Of a DNA stretch of 37,465 nt, positions 25,416-35,362 are shown piece by piece. The stretch comes from a virus (lineage: Duplodnaviria; Caudoviricetes): the IMG/VR virus record IMGVR_UViG_3300033077_000380, positions 1 to 37,465 of that record, one strand, 5' to 3'. Position 1 is the first letter of the stretch, and the number at the start of each line of letters is the position of its first letter. Below the pieces are notes generated by a model that searched no databases, was not told the DNA's origin, and saw nothing but the letters and a program-made list of their open reading frames with translations. A program made the translations under genes and the position numbers.

Positions 25416-27283
25416 TGGCAACTTTAATCCCTAAATACACGCAGGTAACGACATCCAATCGGACGATCGCACAGAAGTTTGCTGAGACTATTTCAGTTAA
25501 AGACTTTGGTGCTGTAGGTGATGGTGCAACAGATGATACTGCAGCAATACAGGCTGCGTTAAATTCTTTAAGCACAACGGGTGGCGTTGTAACGGTACCG
25601 CAAGGACAGTATAAGCTAACTGCAAAAATTACAATCCCTGCGTTTGTAAAACTACAAGGCGCTAATTGGTTGCCTGATCCATCTAATTTAGCTCAAACAT
25701 TAGCGACATCATTATATATTGCTTGGGGTTCAGGTAATGCTGTAGGCTCAGGCAATGCGGCAGTACAGATGTCAAACTCATCTGCTATTGAAGGGTTTAC
25801 TTTTTACTACCCAGGTCAAGTAGCTAAAACTGTAGCCACACCTTTAACTTTTGACTATAGTATTTCAACCCCTGTAGCTGCTGGCGTATACGACAATATA
25901 CAAATAAAAAATATTACGTTATACAATAGCTATGCGGGAATTAACTTAACTACAGGTGGGCGTTGGAGAGTAGAAAGCATACAAGGAAACCCTTTATACT
26001 TAGGCCTTAAAGCCGACGTTAATTTAGACTCATGCTACTTAAATAGAGTGCATTTTTGGAATTTCTATACGCAAAGCGGCGTATTGTATAACTGGACTTT
26101 GGCTAATGGTACTGCTTTTCAGCTAGGTAGAGTAGACCAAGTATTTGTTGAGTCTGTTTTTGTTTATGGCTATAACATTGGATTTAATTGTATAGCTACA
26201 GCAGGTGGTGGAACTTGGGCTTCGTTTAATAATATTACTGTAGATAATGCTAATTATTGTTTTGTCTGTGAAGGCGTAAATCAAATATTAGTAATTAATT
26301 TTGTGTTTATTCCTTCAGCCGTTGTTACGCCAGCGATATTAATTAATTCTGGTGGTTCTATTCAATTTTCTAACGGAACAATTACCTCATCTGGTTCTGT
26401 AGGTGCACAAGTTGATGGCGGTACGGCAGTACAGTTTGCTAATATAGCGTTTAAAAATCAACATTCTGCTGTCGTTTGTACTAATACAACGACAAAAGTA
26501 AAACTTGATTCTGCATGTACGTGGGCTGTCCCTCCATTTGGCACATCTAATGTTTGGATTGGAAATTCACAACTTCCAGCAATTGATACTGCAATTACTT
26601 TACCTACTCCAACAGCGTCACCAACTGCAATTACTGGTGGATATCAATTTAACTTAAACTCAACTAGTCTACAAACACTATCTTATGATGTAACTTCTAT
26701 ATCTCAAAAAAATAGTCTACACATTTTAAAATTTGATATTCAACAACCAGTTACTGATTCAACATTTTACTTTAAATTTTACGTTAAGACTGATATTGGC
26801 ACTCAAGTACAAGTAAATTTTGGACCTACGTATCCTTTAATTTTAGGTAACACTACATCAACAACAAAAACCGTATATATTCCGTTCTTTATTAATGGTG
26901 CAGTATTTAAAACATTAATGACTATTGAAGTGCAAGGAACTGTAGCCGTACCTAGCGCGGTGTTAAACATTACGAACATTGTTCTATACGAGCAATCAAA
27001 TAAAAACAACACGGATGCGCAAGTGGCGTCTATGATAGATAATGGATATAACTTAGACTTTTATAACCTTGGTTGTTCTTTAATTGCTAAAGGTAAAAAT
27101 CGCAGAGTATACCCAATTATTGAGGCAGGGATTGGAAGAACTACAGAAGTACCTACTGCTGGTACTTGGCTTGTTGGCGATGAAATGATTGTTATAGCAC
27201 CTGCATCTGGAGGTTATTCAGGTTATATTTGTACTACAGCAGGTACACCAGGCACTTGGAAAACATTTGGATTGATTTCATAA
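25415..27283 (+). CDS. Tailspike / receptor-binding protein with pectate-lyase-3-like beta-helix
   Basis: ISVKDFGAVGDGATDDTAAIQAA...VPQGQY; C-terminal P.AGTW.VGD...CTTAGTPGTWK.FG; visibly AT-richer interior. Confidence 0.85.
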   Translation: MATLIPKYTQVTTSNRTIAQKFAETISVKDFGAVGDGATDDTAAIQAALNSLSTTGGVVTVPQGQYKLTAKITIPAFVKLQGANWLPDPSNLAQTLATSLYIAWGSGNAVGSGNAAVQMSNSSAIEGFTFYYPGQVAKTVATPLTFDYSISTPVAAGVYDNIQIKNITLYNSYAGINLTTGGRWRVESIQGNPLYLGLKADVNLDSCYLNRVHFWNFYTQSGVLYNWTLANGTAFQLGRVDQVFVESVFVYGYNIGFNCIATAGGGTWASFNNITVDNANYCFVCEGVNQILVINFVFIPSAVVTPAILINSGGSIQFSNGTITSSGSVGAQVDGGTAVQFANIAFKNQHSAVVCTNTTTKVKLDSACTWAVPPFGTSNVWIGNSQLPAIDTAITLPTPTASPTAITGGYQFNLNSTSLQTLSYDVTSISQKNSLHILKFDIQQPVTDSTFYFKFYVKTDIGTQVQVNFGPTYPLILGNTTSTTKTVYIPFFINGAVFKTLMTIEVQGTVAVPSAVLNITNIVLYEQSNKNNTDAQVASMIDNGYNLDFYNLGCSLIAKGKNRRVYPIIEAGIGRTTEVPTAGTWLVGDEMIVIAPASGGYSGYICTTAGTPGTWKTFGLIS

Positions 27284-27555
27284 TGGAAAAACTATTCGCA
27301 CTACTAGCTAAACTATCAAACCCACGCATCCCTGTACCGCTTGACAAGCAAGCGCACTTTAATGTTGGAAGTATCTTAGCGCTTATAGCATACTTTTTTA
27401 TCGGACACTACGCTTTATTGCTAGTAATGGTGGTAGCAAGTGCAAAAGAGTGGTATGATTATCAGCATCCATCAATCCATACTTGCGATTTTTATGATTG
27501 GTTAGCCACGGTACTAGGCGCTGTTGTTACGTTAGGAGTTATATATGTCTGTTAG
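27283..27555 (+). CDS. Small membrane protein (VanZ/YfiM-like DK..H motif)
   Basis: DKQAHF, KEWYD, D..DWLAT with hydrophobic helices; TAATG overlap. Confidence 0.6.
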   Translation: MEKLFALLAKLSNPRIPVPLDKQAHFNVGSILALIAYFFIGHYALLLVMVVASAKEWYDYQHPSIHTCDFYDWLATVLGAVVTLGVIYVC

Positions 27556-28045
27556 TTTATCACCGTTAGGTGGCGCTGGATGGCAATTTTTTAATGACAA
27601 CGGTGTTCCGTTAGTAGGTGGCCTATTGTACACCTATCTAGCAGGGACAACAACTCCTAATGCAACGTACACTTCATCAACAGGCTTGACTGCAAACTCA
27701 AACCCTATTGTGCTAAACGCAGCAGGTAGACCGCCATACGAGATATGGCTAGATGGCATTAATTCATACAAGCTAGTGTTAAAGACATCTGCAGGCGTTC
27801 AAATTTGGGTGATGGATAACATCACGGGGCTACCCGCCGCTAGATCACAAAACTATATTTCAGCAACAGCAGGTCAGACCGCGTTTACTGTAGGCTTTAC
27901 TTACACGCCAGGCAATAACAGTCTAAACGTGCTGGTTAACGGTAGCAAACAAATCGTAACCCTAAACTACACAGAGACTAATACAACAACGGTTACGTTC
28001 TTGACTGGCCTTAACGTAGGCGACATAGTGGAATTTATCCAGTAA
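27545..28045 (+). CDS. Stand-alone tailspike attachment/adaptor-like protein
   Basis: QFF.DNG.PL.GG.LYTY.AGTTTP...NPIVLNAAGR domain plus ATAGQTAF...GDIVEF domain; no catalytic part. Confidence 0.6.
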   Translation: MSVSLSPLGGAGWQFFNDNGVPLVGGLLYTYLAGTTTPNATYTSSTGLTANSNPIVLNAAGRPPYEIWLDGINSYKLVLKTSAGVQIWVMDNITGLPAARSQNYISATAGQTAFTVGFTYTPGNNSLNVLVNGSKQIVTLNYTETNTTTVTFLTGLNVGDIVEFIQ

Positions 28046-28473
28046 TGTCACAGCAATTAGCTACATCGATGCAGGAAAAAGTGAAAGCTTTACAAGATCA
28101 GTTGTCTAAGCTACCACAGTATGAACCTTTAACTAAACACACGTTTCATGGCGGGATGTACTGCCGTGAAGTATGGAGACCTGCTGGCGTATTAGTAGTA
28201 GGTAAGGTGCATAAAAAAGAACATTTTTATATGATTGTGTACGGCACCGTAGCAATTACGACAGATGATGGCGTAAAAAGTATTACAGGGCCATGTCTAT
28301 TAAGTAGTATGCCTGGCACTAAACGTGCTGTGTATGCTGAGACAGATACATTATGTATGACGTTTCACCGTACTGATTCAACAACCGTTGAAGAAGCCGA
28401 AGCTGAAATGGTAGAAGAAGATGAAGCCGATATGTATAGTATTGGAAATAAAGTTAAAGGGGTATTAACATGA
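28045..28473 (+). CDS. Cupin-fold hypothetical protein
   Basis: H.F..GMY.RE...PAG..VVGK.HK.EH...GTKR. Confidence 0.6.
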   Translation: MSQQLATSMQEKVKALQDQLSKLPQYEPLTKHTFHGGMYCREVWRPAGVLVVGKVHKKEHFYMIVYGTVAITTDDGVKSITGPCLLSSMPGTKRAVYAETDTLCMTFHRTDSTTVEEAEAEMVEEDEADMYSIGNKVKGVLT

Positions 28474-29222
28474 CTTTTTGGGTAGCAGGTGCCGTAGTAG
28501 CTAGTTCAGTTGTTGGCGGTGTAATGTCATCTAATGCAGCAGGAGATGCTGCAGACGCGCAAGCCGCCTCAGCCAATCGTGCAGCCGACCTACAAAATAA
28601 ACAGTTTGAACAAACGCGTAAAGATCAATTACCGTTCCTTGAAGCTGGATATAAAGGTGAAAACAAACTGCTTGATTTGCTAGGACTTAGCGGTAACACA
28701 GGCGCAGCAGGTTACGGTTCTGCGGCTAAGAACTTTAGCATGTCAGACTTTGAACAAGACCCTGGCTATGCGTTCCGTATGTCTGAAGGACTTAAAGCAC
28801 TTGATCGTACTGCGGCTGCACGAGGCGGTATGTTATCAGGCGGTGCATTAAGAGGCGCTACGCGTTATGGGCAAGACATGGCCTCACAAGAATATCAAAA
28901 CGCGTACAATCGATATCAAACTAATCGCGCAGGCATTTTAAATCCATTACAGAGTCTTGCTGGTCAAGGTCAAACGACAGCTAATAATCTAGGTACTGCT
29001 GGAGCTAACTATGCAACTAACGCAGGTAACGCGTACATGAACGCAGGTAATGCTGCGGCGTCAGGTTATGTGGGTAGCGCTAATGCTTGGAATAGCGCAT
29101 TAGGTAATGCGACTAACTACTTTACTCAAAACCAAATGATGAACCGAATGTTCCCTAGCGCGGGCGCGTCAGCTTCTAATGTCCCTGCGGCGTATAACGC
29201 ATTACCTAACTATATTGCTTAA
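28470..29222 (+). CDS. DNA ejection protein (P22 gp7-like)
   Basis: Hydrophobic Gly/Ala N-terminus; DPGYAFR...AAARGG..SG; Asn/Ala-rich. Confidence 0.7.
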   Translation: MTFWVAGAVVASSVVGGVMSSNAAGDAADAQAASANRAADLQNKQFEQTRKDQLPFLEAGYKGENKLLDLLGLSGNTGAAGYGSAAKNFSMSDFEQDPGYAFRMSEGLKALDRTAAARGGMLSGGALRGATRYGQDMASQEYQNAYNRYQTNRAGILNPLQSLAGQGQTTANNLGTAGANYATNAGNAYMNAGNAAASGYVGSANAWNSALGNATNYFTQNQMMNRMFPSAGASASNVPAAYNALPNYIA

Positions 29223-29232
29223 GGATTAAATC

Positions 29233-30522
29233 ATGGCTATTGATGCAAGTATCGCTTTAGGGGTTAAACCAGTTCAGTTAGAGTCACCTATTAATCAGAT
29301 GTCTAACGTTTACGCTTTGCAAAATGCAGCGCAATCTAATCAGCTTAACCAAATGAAGATGGAAGAGTATAAACGTGGATTGGCTGAAGAAGATCAGTTT
29401 AAAAATGCTTTGCTTTCGTCTAAAGATGATGCAGGTATTAAAAATGCTTTTTATAGCTTAGGCCAAAAAGGTGTTAAAGCGTATGCTGACTATCAAAAAT
29501 CAAACGTTGAATCTAAAAAATTAGGCTACGAAACTGACAAATTAAAAAATGATTTAATAGACGCTAAATTAAAGCAGTCTAAAGAATTTTTAAGTACAGT
29601 TACAACGCCAGAACAATACTTAGCTTGGCATGAAGCTAACCATGCTGATCCTGTGTTAGGCCCTGCATTAGCCGCTAGAGGCGTAACGCAAGATACAGCA
29701 CGTGCTGAAATTGAAGCGGCAATGGCTAAACCAGGTGGCTTTCAAGAACTATTACAAAAGTCTGCAATTGGATTAGCTAAGTTTACTGAACTTAATAAGC
29801 CTAGTATTCATGTGCAAAACATAGGTGGATCATCTAACGTATTATCTGTCCCTGGATTAGGAGGCGCGCCTACGACGTTAAGTTCTACTAAGATGACTGC
29901 AACACCTGGCGAAATAATGACTAGAGATACACAACGTAGAGGTCAAGACCTTACTAACGCGCGTGAATTGCAACGTATTGAAATTGAAAAAGGTAGGAAC
30001 TCACCTGAGTACATTGCTATGAAATCTAAGATGGAAGAGCAAGGTAAAAACCAAGCTAAATTTGAAGTTGCTGCACCGCAAGCTATTGCAACTGCTGAAC
30101 AAGCGCTTAATAAAATTGATCAACTTGTAGGTAAACCAGCTAAACTTAATGCTAAAGGTGAAATAGTAGAAAAAGGTACCGCAGCACATCCTGGCTTTAA
30201 AGCAGCCGTGGGTGCATCGTCACTATTCCCTACAATTCCAGGCAGTAAAGCCGCAGACTTTGAAGCTCGCTTAGATGAAATTAAAGGCGGCGCGTTCTTG
30301 GAAGCATACAATACGCTTAGGGGTGGCGGTTCTATTACTGAAGTTGAAGGTCAAAAGGCAACGCAAGCAATTACACGTATGTCTACTGCGCAAAGTGAAA
30401 GAGAGTTTATTGATGCCGCTAGAGATTTCCAAAATGTTATTCGTACAGGTATTAAAAGGTCTAAAGAAAAATTGGGGTCAAGCGGTACAGATGTTGACGC
30501 ACTTTTAGAAAAGTATAAATAA
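29233..30522 (+). CDS. DNA ejection/internal virion protein
   Basis: Helical Q/N/K-rich protein; LRGGGSITEVEG motif; position in the operon. Confidence 0.65.
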   Translation: MAIDASIALGVKPVQLESPINQMSNVYALQNAAQSNQLNQMKMEEYKRGLAEEDQFKNALLSSKDDAGIKNAFYSLGQKGVKAYADYQKSNVESKKLGYETDKLKNDLIDAKLKQSKEFLSTVTTPEQYLAWHEANHADPVLGPALAARGVTQDTARAEIEAAMAKPGGFQELLQKSAIGLAKFTELNKPSIHVQNIGGSSNVLSVPGLGGAPTTLSSTKMTATPGEIMTRDTQRRGQDLTNARELQRIEIEKGRNSPEYIAMKSKMEEQGKNQAKFEVAAPQAIATAEQALNKIDQLVGKPAKLNAKGEIVEKGTAAHPGFKAAVGASSLFPTIPGSKAADFEARLDEIKGGAFLEAYNTLRGGGSITEVEGQKATQAITRMSTAQSEREFIDAARDFQNVIRTGIKRSKEKLGSSGTDVDALLEKYK

Positions 30523-30523
30523 T

Positions 30524-32587
30524 ATGGCTACTCTTGATCAATTAAACGCCGCATTAATAAAAGCCGATGCCGCAGGCAATGTCGAAGATGCAAAAGCATT
30601 TGCGTCTGAAATACGTCGCATGCGAGCAGAACCTACTACCATTAAAGCACCTGTTGTCAATGTAGGCAGACAACCTGATGCAATCCCTGAACGCGACATG
30701 ATGCAAAAGTATGGCTATCCTGTGCTAGAGACAGTATTACCTGTTGCGGGGGGCCTTGTTGGCGCTGTGCCTGGCACCGTAGCAGGTCCAGCAGGAACGC
30801 TTATTGGCGGTGCAGCAGGATCAGGTTTAGGATATGCAGCGGCAAAACAACTTGAAAACATCTACGAAGAACAAACAGGTAAAGCTAAAACACAACCTTT
30901 AGCAACTAAAGCTTCTCAAGCAGGTATGGATGTGCTTACGGGTGCGGCGTTTGATGTAGGTGGTAGATTAGTATTACCGCCATTAGCTAAAGCAGCGGGT
31001 TGGATTTGGGATGCTGTGTCAGGCAAACTTATTCAAGTTAAAGCAGGTAAGATTGTCCGTGAACTTGCGGGGGATGCAGTTGATGCAATTCGTAATGCTG
31101 CCGCAAGTGCGCCCGCTAATCTAACTGCAGGTCAAGCAACGGCGAATGTACGCGCCCCAGCTATTCAAACATTACAGTCTCGTATGAACGCAAGAAATAT
31201 TAACGAATCTACTAGATTGGCTGAACAAGAAAATGCAGGTAATCTAAATCAACTTCAAACTTTAGCTGGCGGTTCTACACAAGTCGCATCTAAAAATGCA
31301 CAAGCAGAAGCTAAAAATGCGCTTAACGCTAGACTAATCCCTACGCTTACAACAGAACTTAACACAGCTAATATTGCAGGCCAAGAACTACCTAGATTAC
31401 AAGGTGAAGCTGATAGGTTTGCTCAAGCCGCAGCTAATAAAGTTCAAGATGTACGCCGATTTACAGCGGCAGGTGAACGTGCGGGCGAACGCGCAGCTAA
31501 CACGGTGACGGTTGCAGGTCAACCACGTGTGCCAAGCAGATACACTTACATGGGTGAGCTTGAAAAACAAGCTGAAGTTCAAGCAACTAAGGCGGCTGAA
31601 GGTTCTCTAGCATTTGGTGAAGCCTCACGTTTTGCGCAAGCAGGCGCAGATAGTCTTGCTGCGCATGGTTTAAAACCACTTAAGTCAGATGCAATTATAG
31701 TTAATTTATCTCGTAAAGCTAACGACCCTGCGTATGCAGGCAATGACTTAGTTGAAGGTGCATTAAAAAATGTAGCCGACGACATTGCAAAATGGACTAA
31801 AAATGGTGGCGTGATTGACGCATGGGCTTTAGATAGCATCCGTAAAAATTCAGTTAATGCTGCTATTCAACGTTTACGTCCAGGCATGGATCAAACAGCG
31901 CAAAAGAACGCGGCTGCTGAAGTTATCTCTCAAATTAAGCCTATCCTTGTTGACGCCGTTGAAAACGCTGGCGGTACGGGATATGGCAAATATTTGGCAG
32001 ACTATGCTGTAGGACGTCAAGCAATTGCACAGACTAAACTTGGTGCAAAAGCAATGCAATTGTACAACGAATCTCCAGACAAATTTATTGCATTAGTTGA
32101 AGGCCAATCGCCAGAAGCAGTAGAAAAAATATTTGGTAAGGGTAGCTACAACATAGCTAAAGAGATGAGCTATGACGCTTTCTTAAAACTTAAAGGCATT
32201 TCATCTACGGTGCAACGTAATCAGTCAATGGCTGAACAAGCAAGTAAAGGTACTGAAAAGTATGGTGAAACGCTCAGAAATAGTTTAGGTATGTTCAGAA
32301 TACCTAATATTTTAAGTCCTAAAGTTGCGGTAACTAATGAAGCATTAAGTGTGTTAGAAGGCAAACTTAACGCTAAAGTAATGAAAACATTAGAAGAAGG
32401 TATGCGTTCAGGTAAGCCGTTAGCTAAACTAATTGATACCCTACCTGCCGAAGATAGAACTTTAGTTTTACGTTTACTTAAGTCTAGGACAGGTTCACGC
32501 GCAGCAACCTTTGGTACTAACGCTTTAGCTAGTGACCCTTCATTTGACACAGAAGCATACAATAACCGTAACGCATTAGCACAATAG
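30524..32587 (+). CDS. Large DNA ejection/internal virion protein
   Basis: Gly-rich hydrophobic segment GGLVGAVPGTVAGPAGTLIGGAAGSGLG; Ala-rich helical body; last gene before lysis. Confidence 0.65.
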   Translation: MATLDQLNAALIKADAAGNVEDAKAFASEIRRMRAEPTTIKAPVVNVGRQPDAIPERDMMQKYGYPVLETVLPVAGGLVGAVPGTVAGPAGTLIGGAAGSGLGYAAAKQLENIYEEQTGKAKTQPLATKASQAGMDVLTGAAFDVGGRLVLPPLAKAAGWIWDAVSGKLIQVKAGKIVRELAGDAVDAIRNAAASAPANLTAGQATANVRAPAIQTLQSRMNARNINESTRLAEQENAGNLNQLQTLAGGSTQVASKNAQAEAKNALNARLIPTLTTELNTANIAGQELPRLQGEADRFAQAAANKVQDVRRFTAAGERAGERAANTVTVAGQPRVPSRYTYMGELEKQAEVQATKAAEGSLAFGEASRFAQAGADSLAAHGLKPLKSDAIIVNLSRKANDPAYAGNDLVEGALKNVADDIAKWTKNGGVIDAWALDSIRKNSVNAAIQRLRPGMDQTAQKNAAAEVISQIKPILVDAVENAGGTGYGKYLADYAVGRQAIAQTKLGAKAMQLYNESPDKFIALVEGQSPEAVEKIFGKGSYNIAKEMSYDAFLKLKGISSTVQRNQSMAEQASKGTEKYGETLRNSLGMFRIPNILSPKVAVTNEALSVLEGKLNAKVMKTLEEGMRSGKPLAKLIDTLPAEDRTLVLRLLKSRTGSRAATFGTNALASDPSFDTEAYNNRNALAQ

Positions 32588-32596
32588 GACTTTATC

Positions 32597-32857
32597 ATGG
32601 ACGATCAAACAACGCGACTGAATAGAATTGAAGAGAAGCTGGATAAGGTAGGCGAAGCAATCATCTCTTTAGCACGTATGGAAGAACGCATGGTAACGTT
32701 GTTTGGGCGTATGGACATCTACGACAAACGTCAGACAACAATGGAAGAACGTGTCACTAAGATTGAAGTAACCCACGCAGGTAGCGCATGGGTTGAACGT
32801 ATTGTATGGCTAATCGTAGGCGGGCTTGTCATGGGGACTATCTATTTTGGTAAATAG
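32597..32857 (+). CDS. Coiled-coil protein with C-terminal TM helix (holin/antiholin-like)
   Basis: RLNRIEEKLD heptads; one TM segment; directly before the endolysin. Confidence 0.6.
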   Translation: MDDQTTRLNRIEEKLDKVGEAIISLARMEERMVTLFGRMDIYDKRQTTMEERVTKIEVTHAGSAWVERIVWLIVGGLVMGTIYFGK

Positions 32858-33263
32858 CCGTAGCTTATCAGACCTCAATCCTATAGTTAAAACGCTATGT
32901 GAACGATTTATATTTTCATGTGCAAAGCAAAACATTGACGTTATCATTACGTCAACCTATCGTGACGCAGAAAGCCAAACAGCGCTCTACAATCAAGGGC
33001 GCACAACGCCAGGCAAGATAGTCACTAACGCTAAGGCAGGTCAGTCGTTTCATAACTGGCGTGTAGCGTTTGACTTCTGTCCGATTGTCAACGGTAAGTG
33101 TCAATGGGATAACAAAGCGCTATTTACCGCTTGCGGAATCATTGCAGAAGAGCTAGGCTTGGAATGGGCTGGACGTTGGACTGGCAAGTTCCGTGAATTA
33201 GCGCATTGTCAGTTTACAGGCGGATTAACATTACAAGACTTTCAATCAGGTAAAACACTATGA
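32847..33263 (+). CDS. Endolysin, M15-family L-Ala-D-Glu peptidase
   Basis: STYR...Q..LY.QGRT.PG..VTNAK.GQS.HN..VAFD...WAGRW...HCQ; TTG start after GGGGA. Confidence 0.88.
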   Translation: MVNSRSLSDLNPIVKTLCERFIFSCAKQNIDVIITSTYRDAESQTALYNQGRTTPGKIVTNAKAGQSFHNWRVAFDFCPIVNGKCQWDNKALFTACGIIAEELGLEWAGRWTGKFRELAHCQFTGGLTLQDFQSGKTL

Positions 33264-33448
33264 AGCGTTGGTATAAATCCAAAGTCCTGTGGTTTAACTT
33301 TATCGTTGGCGTAGGAGCAGCATGTGAAGCATCTCTTAATATTGTGCAAGGCTATTTTGATCCTCGTGTATATTTCGCTGTTGTTGCCCTTGTGTCTGGC
33401 GTTAATATGGCTCTACGTGTTATATCTACTACTAAGCTCACCAAATGA
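33260..33448 (+). CDS. Holin (two TM helices)
   Basis: KRWYKSKVLWFN...NMALRVISTTKL; ATGA overlaps on both sides. Confidence 0.7.
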   Translation: MKRWYKSKVLWFNFIVGVGAACEASLNIVQGYFDPRVYFAVVALVSGVNMALRVISTTKLTK

Positions 33449-33900
33449 ATCTATTGATACTGTATTGGAAACAGATCGCCGTGGCCTGCACTATGTTAGG
33501 CGCTTTGCTCATTGGGTACTATCAAGGGTATTCAAGCGAAAAGGCTAAGTTTGATGCTTTTAAGCTAGAACTGAAAGTCCGTACTGAGGCTTTGCAACAA
33601 AAAAATAACGCAATTGTCACCGAACAGAAACAAATTACTTCTAATGTAACGAAGGAATATGCAAATGCTGTTAAGAAACTTAATGCTTACTATGCTGCTC
33701 ACCCTAATATTAAGTGGGTGCGCAACACAGATACCCGTGACGTGTCCGACGTTTCCGACACCACCGAAAGCATTGATGGAAAAACCGAAAGCGATGTACC
33801 TAGTACCGTCGACGCTAGTCCCTTAGATTGCGCGTCTGACGTCTTACAATTGCTACACTTACAAGAGTGGGTTAGAGACCAAGAAAATGTTAATCGATGA
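33445..33900 (+). CDS. Inner-membrane spanin (Rz-like)
   Basis: N-terminal TM, coiled coil, C-terminal C...QL..LQEWV. Confidence 0.8.
   Translation: MNLLILYWKQIAVACTMLGALLIGYYQGYSSEKAKFDAFKLELKVRTEALQQKNNAIVTEQKQITSNVTKEYANAVKKLNAYYAAHPNIKWVRNTDTRDVSDVSDTTESIDGKTESDVPSTVDASPLDCASDVLQLLHLQEWVRDQENVNR
33665..33826 (+). CDS. Outer-membrane lipoprotein spanin (Rz1-like), embedded in Rz
   Basis: +1 frame reads MLLRNLMLTMLLTLILSGC-ATQIPVTCPTFPTPPKALM...; lipobox LSGC; Pro-rich; AAGGA RBS. Confidence 0.85.
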   Translation: MLLRNLMLTMLLTLILSGCATQIPVTCPTFPTPPKALMEKPKAMYLVPSTLVP

Positions 33901-35047
33901 AGGCTTAAAGACTTACGCAACAGAACGCCAAAAAGAATTTGTAGACGCAGTTAACGAATACGGTGGATTTAGGTCTGCCGCCAGATCACTAAACATTAAC
34001 CACAGCACAATCGTAGAGGCAATGGCATTGTTACGTCGCCGTGCTGCCACAAGCGGTTACGCACCTGAGCAAGACATGGTGCGACCTGTACCAGAGCCGT
34101 TCATTGTGAGAGGTGTGTCAACCTACTACAACGCTGAAGGTAAAGCGTCAGGTCAATGGGTCAAGTCTAAGATAGACGACAGCAAACTGCAAGAGATGAT
34201 GAAGGCAGTCATTGACGGCATGAAAGAGGACATCCCTCGCCTGACTGCGCTACCTGCACCCGCACTCGGCAACGACAACCTACTCAACTGTTACGTTATA
34301 ACTGACTACCACTTGGGCATGCTCGCATGGGACGAAGAGGCTGGTGAGAACTGGGACCTTGACATTGCACAGGCCTTAGTAGTCAAGTGGTTTGAACAAG
34401 CCATCGCCCAGTCACCTAACGCAGACACAGCCGTGTTCGCACAATTATCAGACTTCTTACACTTTGATGGCATGGACGCTGTTACGCCAGCCTCTAAACA
34501 TCTACTCGACGTAGACACACGCTTTGCTAAAGTTGTGCGTTCAGCAATCCGTGTACTACGCACAGTTATTGATATGCTGCTTGCTAAACACCAGCACGTA
34601 CACATCATCATGGCAGATGCTAACCACGATCCAGTATCACAGATATGGCTGCGTGAGTGGTTCAGCGTATTGTATGAGAACGAGCCACGCATAACGGTTG
34701 ACAAGTCGCCTAACCCGTACAACGCGTATGAGTTCGGTAAGACTGCGCTGTTCTTCCATCACGGTCATAAACGTAAAGTCTCTAACGTATCAGAAGTATT
34801 TGCAGGTCAATTCCGTGAAATGTTTGGACGTACTAAACACGCCTACGCACACATGGGCCACTATCATTCTATTGACGTTAAAGAAAACAACTTAATGATT
34901 GTTGAGCAGCATCGTACACTAGCACCTGGTGATGCGTATTCTGCACGTGGCGGATGGCTGTCAGGTAGAGATGCAAAAGTTATTACGTACTCCAAGCAGT
35001 TTGGCGAAGTAAGCCGGCTAACTATTAACTCTGATATGCTGAGGTAA
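33887..35047 (+). CDS. HTH plus calcineurin-like metallophosphoesterase
   Basis: N-terminal FRSAARSLNINHSTI; TDYHLG, SDFLHFD, ANHD, HHGH and GHYH metal motifs. Confidence 0.78.
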   Translation: MLIDEGLKTYATERQKEFVDAVNEYGGFRSAARSLNINHSTIVEAMALLRRRAATSGYAPEQDMVRPVPEPFIVRGVSTYYNAEGKASGQWVKSKIDDSKLQEMMKAVIDGMKEDIPRLTALPAPALGNDNLLNCYVITDYHLGMLAWDEEAGENWDLDIAQALVVKWFEQAIAQSPNADTAVFAQLSDFLHFDGMDAVTPASKHLLDVDTRFAKVVRSAIRVLRTVIDMLLAKHQHVHIIMADANHDPVSQIWLREWFSVLYENEPRITVDKSPNPYNAYEFGKTALFFHHGHKRKVSNVSEVFAGQFREMFGRTKHAYAHMGHYHSIDVKENNLMIVEQHRTLAPGDAYSARGGWLSGRDAKVITYSKQFGEVSRLTINSDMLR

Positions 35048-35049
35048 CT

Positions 35050-35223
35050 ATGTCTGAACGCACACCTGAAGAAATTTGTGAGGACCTTCTAGGCCAAACA
35101 ATAGAAGAAATTGAAGTTGATTATGATACTGAAATAATCACAATCACCACTAACTTAGGTAGAATTGAATTTAGCGGTGACGGATTAGAGATGTATGTCG
35201 AAGCTGACGAATTTGACAGCTAA
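35050..35223 (+). CDS. 57-aa highly acidic protein
   Basis: Translated by hand (MSERTPEEICEDLLGQTIEEIEVDYD...); GAGGT RBS. Confidence 0.72.
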   Translation: MSERTPEEICEDLLGQTIEEIEVDYDTEIITITTNLGRIEFSGDGLEMYVEADEFDS

Positions 35224-35321
35224 AACGATTTTTTAACGAAATCGGTAGATTTTCGGCTTCTGTAATCGACGTATAACGCGAGAAAAGAATGGGGTTAAGG
35301 CTACCATAGCCCCACACATAC

Positions 35322-35344
35322 AAAACCCTGCCAAAAAGGCAGGG
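35322..35344 (-). terminator. Intrinsic terminator of the leftward accessory operon
   Basis: CCCTGCC-AAAAA-GGCAGGG with a U4 tail on the minus strand, just after the last leftward stop. Confidence 0.7.
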
Positions 35345-35362
35345 AAGTAGCAAATCGCGTAT

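Noticed and set aside
35224-35320. Possible tRNA or ncRNA in the convergent intergenic gap
   Set aside because: Only a simple hairpin (TGGGGTTA...TAGCCCCA); no cloverleaf, T-loop or other recognisable family features
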